Source: an uncultured virus (IMG/VR IMGVR_UViG_2565956931_000003)
Taxonomy: Duplodnaviria; Heunggongvirae; Uroviricota; Caudoviricetes
IMG/VR virus record: IMGVR_UViG_2565956931_000003
Location: 58,742 to 78,741 of that record
Reading direction: 5' to 3' (one strand)
DNA: 20,000 nucleotides
The translations under genes were made by a program, and so were the position numbers. The notes under the pieces were generated by a model. The model had not been told where the DNA came from. It worked only from the letters and a program-made list of their open reading frames with translations, and did no database searches. Below, in pieces: positions 15,151-20,000 of this stretch. Numbering within the stretch: position 1 is the stretch's first letter; every line of letters starts with the position of its first letter.

Positions 15151-16179
15151 ATGAAACCTACTCTATTTACGCCTGAAACATGGGCGGAGTTTACCCAACA
15201 ACTCAAAAATTCTTGGGAAAAAGATAACGCTGGTACTGATTCACCAATTTTTGTTGTTCAAGAAAAAAAGATTGTTTGGGGTTTAGATCCGGCTAGTGAT
15301 TCTGTAGAAATCACTAATATTGTAGATGCCGATGATGAATCAACATATAAATCAATTGATGATTTTTTTGAATCTCTTAAAGCTACAGATAAGCATGCTT
15401 TAAATGGTTTAGCAATTGAAGAGGAAGATGAACTTTTCCTCGATGTAAAAGCTTCTACTCAAATAAACATTTTATCTGATTGGAATGAACGCAATATTCA
15501 TATCTGCCATGGTAAATATTTTTGGGAAGATGTTAATTGCCATCTAACTCGTTCAGCTGCAGATGCATTTATTAAACGTAAATCGCATGATTTCGGTGAG
15601 TTGCGGGTATTTGTTAAGTCACTTTATTGGTGTGAGGAGTTTAAGAATTTACTTAACGCAATTATTAGCGGTGAAGTAGGTTTGACAAGTATAGATGACG
15701 ACAACATCCTAAACGTTTTGGGACCAATTGAACCCAAAGCAGATAAAGAAATTAACTCAACTCAAGCAAAAAAATCTGCGAAGAAGGCCAATAACAAAGA
15801 GGAAAATTGGACTCGTTACCATAATGACAAACCTGTTGAGTCTCCTTTAGCTGGCCTTATTGAAAAGCTAAAGAAAACTAAAACTGCAGATGCAGCTAAT
15901 AGTCTCATTGAGGAAACGAAAGACTGGTCTTCTGAAGATCAAAAATCTTTTTTAACTGAGTTAAATAAACACTTAGTCATTATTGCTGGTCAATCAAAAG
16001 AAAATATTTCTATTGGGGAAAAGATCAGACAAGCAAAGGACCTGACTACATTAGATGCCCTTGAAATTGATATTTCAGAAGCAGATGAACGTATTCAAGA
16101 ACCCCTAATGGAGCTGGTTGTAAAAAGAAGAAAAGAACTTGAGGTTGAAGGAAACTTTTTATTGGAGTCGCCTCAATGA
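15151..16179 (+). CDS. Phage protein with Ead/Ea22-like N-terminal region and helical C-terminus
   Basis: TDSPIFVVQ...V..HLT..AA.AFIKRK.HD pattern; acidic helical tail. Confidence 0.7.
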   Translation: MKPTLFTPETWAEFTQQLKNSWEKDNAGTDSPIFVVQEKKIVWGLDPASDSVEITNIVDADDESTYKSIDDFFESLKATDKHALNGLAIEEEDELFLDVKASTQINILSDWNERNIHICHGKYFWEDVNCHLTRSAADAFIKRKSHDFGELRVFVKSLYWCEEFKNLLNAIISGEVGLTSIDDDNILNVLGPIEPKADKEINSTQAKKSAKKANNKEENWTRYHNDKPVESPLAGLIEKLKKTKTADAANSLIEETKDWSSEDQKSFLTELNKHLVIIAGQSKENISIGEKIRQAKDLTTLDALEIDISEADERIQEPLMELVVKRRKELEVEGNFLLESPQ

Positions 16180-16316
16180 TTCAAATTTATAACAGCAAAA
16201 CTAGAACTTTTACTGTGATAGGTAAACGAACCCAAGTTTTCTTAAATGTATCACTTAATGAAACTGAAGCTTTGCTCTTCAAAGCGAAACTTAAAGATTC
16301 TATTTGGAGATTCTAA
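16176..16316 (+). CDS. 46-aa small protein (not in ORF track)
   Basis: GGAG RBS, ATGA overlap; MIQIYNSKTRTFTVIGKRTQVFLNVSLNETEALLFKAKLKDSIWRF. Confidence 0.7.
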   Translation: MIQIYNSKTRTFTVIGKRTQVFLNVSLNETEALLFKAKLKDSIWRF

Positions 16317-16317
16317 C

Positions 16318-16611
16318 ATGATGAAGTACATCCCTGACTCAATGTCATACCCATTCACTGTTTGGATGTCCGAAAGTGGTTTCTATCCTTCTTATAAAAA
16401 AGGATACATCGTTATGAAGCGTGGCAAAGAAGTGGCAAAGATTTCTTTAATAAAAACAAAAAAAGGTTTCGAAATGAATGAAGTCTGTCAAAAAAGATTT
16501 ACTTCATTTTGCCGGGTTTGGATGAATAAGGATAAACGTTTTATTAACCAGCTTCGAATGCGTGGCATTTCTAATTCAATGAAATTCAGTTATCAAAAGG
16601 TGGCAGCATGA
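16318..16611 (+). CDS. Basic phage hypothetical protein (start revised from 16246 to 16318)
   Basis: GGAGA RBS at 16306-16310; ATG 1 bp after the stop of the 46-aa ORF. Confidence 0.75.
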   Translation: MMKYIPDSMSYPFTVWMSESGFYPSYKKGYIVMKRGKEVAKISLIKTKKGFEMNEVCQKRFTSFCRVWMNKDKRFINQLRMRGISNSMKFSYQKVAA

Positions 16612-16979
16612 CAGATTTGAATAAGGGAAGAGAGCTAGAAGCTCAAATTGAAACTTTTAAAAAAGAAGCTATGGAGCTTTGGTTTGTGCCTAATTTAGCT
16701 GACACGTACAAAAATAAGGATCTTTTCATCTATTCAATTATAGATGGTGAAGTCTTCTTTATGCGTGAACAGGCTCGACAATTATGGAGCTTTTGTAATA
16801 AAGCCAAAGCTCAGGCGGTGCCAGAGGGTTACTGTTTGGTACCGAAAGAGATTCCAGACAGCGTTGTTAGCTGTTTAGAAAATAGTGGATTCCATTGGGG
16901 CGATGGGACTCGTGATCATTACACGCCTATTTATTCTTTAATGGTTGAAGTGGCAAGCGAATCGGGAGCTGAGGGTTGA
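16608..16979 (+). CDS. Phage hypothetical protein (AQAVPEGY.LVPKE motif)
   Basis: ATGA overlap; motif common in lambdoid Ea-region proteins. Confidence 0.78.
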   Translation: MTDLNKGRELEAQIETFKKEAMELWFVPNLADTYKNKDLFIYSIIDGEVFFMREQARQLWSFCNKAKAQAVPEGYCLVPKEIPDSVVSCLENSGFHWGDGTRDHYTPIYSLMVEVASESGAEG

Positions 16980-17320
16980 TTAATCAATTAAAACCAACTG
17001 AGATCATCCGGGATGAAATGGGTTGTTGGGTGCATCCTGAATATCTGAAATATTTGGATGACAATTATGCTGACCAAGAATGGTTGAGCCAAAGCGAATG
17101 GGATCAACTTAAGCAGCATTTCAATATTGTCACCGTTCGACTTTATTTAGAAGGGAGTGTTTCTGATGATCTATTTTTGGAGATTATGGACTCCTCAGAC
17201 CTATCTAAATGGAATCCAATCGCACCGCACGGCTTTTTCTTAATAGATATTGGGTTTACGGAAGATGGTGCTGAAGCGTTGTTTGCAAAAGAAGTTAAAG
17301 CGGAAAGTAAGGAGGGGTAA
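16976..17320 (+). CDS. Conserved-looking phage hypothetical protein (TTG start)
   Basis: RDE.G.W.HP...W.P..P.GFFL..I..TEDG pattern; TTGA overlap. Confidence 0.78.
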   Translation: MINQLKPTEIIRDEMGCWVHPEYLKYLDDNYADQEWLSQSEWDQLKQHFNIVTVRLYLEGSVSDDLFLEIMDSSDLSKWNPIAPHGFFLIDIGFTEDGAEALFAKEVKAESKEG

Positions 17321-17590
17321 ATGTTAAAAGATCTGAGAAATCTATCTGATGCAGAGCAACAAGAATATTTGGATCGCTTCATAATGGCTAATGAAGAACA
17401 GAAGTTCCCTCAAGAAGTTGTGGCGCTTTATTTAGATTGCTCACCATGGACATTAGCCAGAATGCGTTGTGATCAATCATCACTGCCTTTTTCGAAAATT
17501 GGAAGACGTGTTTCATATAAAAAGAAAGACGTTTTAAAGTATGAGCAAAGCAGGACTGTGCTTAATACAGCGCAACTTGCAACTGTATAA
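17321..17590 (+). CDS. Excisionase/AlpA-like winged-HTH protein
   Basis: PQEVVALYLDCSPWTLARMR....LPFSKIGRRVSY...DV; last gene of the early operon, near the integrase. Confidence 0.8.
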   Translation: MLKDLRNLSDAEQQEYLDRFIMANEEQKFPQEVVALYLDCSPWTLARMRCDQSSLPFSKIGRRVSYKKKDVLKYEQSRTVLNTAQLATV

Positions 17591-17667
17591 GGATTCAGTT
17601 AAGAAATAATTGTAGTTTCCATGATAAATATTGGGTGACAAATAATTAAAATTGCAAAAAGTTTTAG

Positions 17668-17700
17668 TTGACACTTTTCAAAATTTGCAATAAATTTTGA
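17668..17700 (+). promoter_or_regulatory. Strong sigma70 promoter with overlapping inverted-repeat operator
   Basis: TTGACA (17668-17673), 17 bp spacer, TAAATT (17691-17696); perfect inverted repeat TCAAAATTT-GCAAT-AAATTTTGA (17678-17700). Confidence 0.8.
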
Positions 17701-17727
17701 TTGCCCAAATCTCTTTAGGACTTAATT

Positions 17728-18339
17728 ATGGATTTATCGAAGAATCCCCCTCCAAGCTATTATGATGCATCACTGAATGATGAAACATTAAGCTTTTTTG
17801 CTAACCATATGCTAGAAGTTTTTTCACAAACTACTCAAGATCTTAGTAGAAAAGATGATGATAATTACACTATCAGTTGTGCAATTTTTGGAAGATGCCG
17901 TAATAGGTTTGCTCGTGAAATTCGTAGTGGCAATGCCCCATCTCCAACATATTTAGAAGATTCTTCAAATAAATTCACCTTTAAAATTGGAAACACACCT
18001 GGTATCCGTTTTTTTAAAGAATCTGATCATTTAAAACCGAAAAGACCAAACTTTTTTAAGCAAAGTTACAATCTAGAATTATTTGAATCTGATTCAAAAG
18101 TTCCTGTTTTTTGGCGATTCATTTTGGTTCCAGCTAAAACTGATGACGAAGAAACATTTATCGCTTTTGTTGGTTTTAACCAGAAATTACAGCCGATTAC
18201 AGCTTGGACATCTAATAAGACTTCTAGATTTATTTTTGATCCAGCGGCTATATTGCCAGAACCAGCAGAATTGAAACGCTATAATATTGATGATCTATTA
18301 GCTGATGATGATTTAGATGATGCAAGCGGAATCAAGTAA
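17728..18339 (+). CDS. Putative toxin/effector of a RosmerTA-like pair (RmrT-like)
   Basis: 203 aa, AGGA RBS, operonic with the HTH-ImmA/IrrE gene; DDNY...WRFI...FVGFN...LPEPA motifs and acidic tail recall proteins found upstream of such peptidases (from memory, not searched). Confidence 0.6.
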   Translation: MDLSKNPPPSYYDASLNDETLSFFANHMLEVFSQTTQDLSRKDDDNYTISCAIFGRCRNRFAREIRSGNAPSPTYLEDSSNKFTFKIGNTPGIRFFKESDHLKPKRPNFFKQSYNLELFESDSKVPVFWRFILVPAKTDDEETFIAFVGFNQKLQPITAWTSNKTSRFIFDPAAILPEPAELKRYNIDDLLADDDLDDASGIK

Positions 18340-18375
18340 ATCTTCAACAGCAAATAGGCAAAAGTTGATGAGAAA

Positions 18376-19458
18376 ATGAATACTTATTTTAATGGTCTAG
18401 AATTGCGGCTCTTACGTCAATTTAATCATTTGTCTTTAGAGGACTTATCAATTCATGTTGGTAAGTCACGCCAATTCTTGCATAAAATTGAAATGAACCA
18501 AGTTGTTCCTACACCTGATTTAATTGATGTACTTAGCAACTTCTTCAATGTAAAAACGGATATTTTTTACAGTTCTCATCCGATTTTACAAGAAGAACAA
18601 ATCAATTTTCGAAGCAACAAAACTGCCAAAATTTTTACAAAGCAATCAGTGATCGCTCAGGGTGAATATTTAAAAAGGTTAGTAGAATTTATAGAGGCAA
18701 ATTTAAGGCTCCCTAAGTATTCAATACCTTCTGTTGAATCTGTAAAGAATTTTCAAGATATTGAAAATGCTGCGCTTCAATTTAGAAAATATTTTAATTT
18801 AGGGTTGGGACCTATTAGCGATATGACTCAATTAACTGAAATGCTTGGAATTTTTGTAACTACTTTTCCAAGTGTTTCAAGCGAAGTCGATGCTCTATCT
18901 ATTGCATCTAAAAGACCAATCTTTGTTAATAACGAAATTAGTAGTACTTGTCGCCAGCGTTTTAATTTAGCTCATGAATTAGGACATCTTGTACTACATG
19001 ATGGTTGTGTTACAGGTGACACTCTCACTGAGTCGCAAGCGCATCGTTTTGCTAGTGCTTTACTTATTCCACAAGAAATGATGATTTCTCATTTCCGTAA
19101 TTGCTTTAATGGTAGATTTAATTGGAATAAATTAAGTGAGATGAAAACAAATTGGAAAATAAGTAAGGCAGCTTTGCTCTATAGAGCTAAATCTTTAGAT
19201 CTTTTAAATGAAACAAGTTATCGTAGTGGCTTTATTCATTTGAAGCGTACTGGTGAGGCTATTTTAGAATCAGAAGATCATGAAATACCTAAAGAAGTTC
19301 CAACTTTACTAAATACATGTTTCAAAGCTTTAAGTAAAAAAGGAATTTCAGCAATTGATATAGCTAATGAATTAAATATATCTCTAGATCTATTAAATAA
19401 AATTACGCAATTAGATTTACAGCCACAAAATCCTTCTAAACTTAAATTAGTTATTTGA
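18376..19458 (+). CDS. XRE-HTH plus ImmA/IrrE (DUF955) Zn-metallopeptidase (RmrA-like antitoxin)
   Basis: N-terminal HTH (LSLEDLS..VGKSRQFLHKIE), FRS linker, RQRFNLAHELGHLVLH (HExxH), ESQAHRFASALLIP. Confidence 0.9.
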   Translation: MNTYFNGLELRLLRQFNHLSLEDLSIHVGKSRQFLHKIEMNQVVPTPDLIDVLSNFFNVKTDIFYSSHPILQEEQINFRSNKTAKIFTKQSVIAQGEYLKRLVEFIEANLRLPKYSIPSVESVKNFQDIENAALQFRKYFNLGLGPISDMTQLTEMLGIFVTTFPSVSSEVDALSIASKRPIFVNNEISSTCRQRFNLAHELGHLVLHDGCVTGDTLTESQAHRFASALLIPQEMMISHFRNCFNGRFNWNKLSEMKTNWKISKAALLYRAKSLDLLNETSYRSGFIHLKRTGEAILESEDHEIPKEVPTLLNTCFKALSKKGISAIDIANELNISLDLLNKITQLDLQPQNPSKLKLVI

Positions 19459-19459
19459 T

Positions 19460-19483
19460 TAAAGGCGGTTTAGACCGCCTTTA
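19460..19483. terminator. Hairpin between convergent genes (probable bidirectional terminator)
   Basis: TAAAGGCGGT-TTAG-ACCGCCTTTA; the integrase stop codon lies in the loop. Confidence 0.75.
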
Positions 19484-20000
19484 TTTCTTTTAATCTTTCT
19501 GCCCATACAGATTGATAATTAAAGCAATCAATCTTACCTTGATACACCGCTTCAATCATGTTCATTGAAGCTCTTAATTCCTCATCTGGAATTTGAACAT
19601 ATCCACCTGTCACATCAATTCTTGGTTTAGCCGTGTGATTAAGAAGTCTTTTTGTCACATAAATATTAAATCTTAAAAGGTTGCATATAGTGGCAAATGT
19701 ACGGCGGAAATCATGCATTGAAACGTAATAGTCAACTTCTTTACCCACTCTATTCAATAATGTATCTACCTTAGTCGCATGCATATTCCACGAAGTAGGC
19801 ATCTTAGTAGCTGGGAAAACCCAATCGTTTTCTCTTAATAACCAACGTTCACGCAAAATACTGTGTAGATGATCACCAATAGGAAAAGTATGATCTGAAC
19901 CATTTTTGGTATCTCTAAAAGTTAAAGTACCATTTTTAATATCTACATCAGCCCACTTTAAGCAACATGCCTCCTGTTTACGGCATCCCGTAACATGCAC
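19470..20000 (-). CDS. int: Tyrosine recombinase/phage integrase, C-terminal catalytic domain (5' part outside window)
   Basis: TGCRKQE (R), TKNG (K), HDFRR (HxxR), LLNH (H), TGGY (Y). Confidence 0.95.
   Translation of the reverse strand: MHVTGCRKQEACCLKWADVDIKNGTLTFRDTKNGSDHTFPIGDHLHSILRERWLLRENDWVFPATKMPTSWNMHATKVDTLLNRVGKEVDYYVSMHDFRRTFATICNLLRFNIYVTKRLLNHTAKPRIDVTGGYVQIPDEELRASMNMIEAVYQGKIDCFNYQSVWAERLKEIKAV

Larger units (their letters stand above)
1..20000. mobile_element. Temperate prophage (immunity, early and replication region through integrase), probably Acinetobacter; extends beyond both window edges
   Basis: Divergent cro/cI pair with operators, replication initiator plus DnaC-like loader, DUF2303 gene, excisionase-like HTH and tyrosine integrase; densely packed genes with ATGA overlaps. 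Confidence 0.96.

Noticed and set aside
9102..18274. Small overlapping ORFs 9102-9350, 12418-12672, 12748-12936, 17143-17382 and 18083-18274
   Set aside because: Shadow or alternate-frame ORFs of clear genes
19470..20000. 176-aa complete integrase and a nearby att site
   Set aside because: The ORF is cut by the window edge, so the listed start is artificial; no att core can be identified without the other prophage end

Overview
This AT-rich 20-kb window is the immunity, early-gene and replication half of a temperate (lambdoid-type) prophage. The protein families and sequence style suggest an Acinetobacter host (inference). A divergent cro (10423-10626, -) / cI (10753-11526, +) switch has five 14-bp palindromic operators of the form ATGCR-N4-YGCAT. 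The leftward operon holds a cII-position gene, an ASCH-like gene, a nonsense-inactivated HNH homing endonuclease missed by the ORF track, an orphan C5 DNA methyltransferase, a replication initiator with internal iterons, a DnaC-like loader, Zn-finger hypotheticals and an AT-rich HNH-like cargo gene. The rightward operon holds YfdP-like and YfdQ/DUF2303 genes, a DEDDh exonuclease, several hypotheticals and an excisionase-like gene. Between the excisionase and the convergent tyrosine integrase (truncated by the window edge) is a self-contained two-gene cassette with its own promoter and operator. It encodes an unknown 203-aa protein and an HTH-ImmA/IrrE metallopeptidase, resembling a RosmerTA-type toxin-antitoxin/anti-phage system. 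The most interesting non-coding signals are a duplicated structured leader with a conserved loop and compensatory stem changes (13191-13273 and 13517-13592) and three candidate ~65-70-nt small RNAs, each with a promoter and a terminator. No rRNA, tRNA, CRISPR array or IS element was seen.
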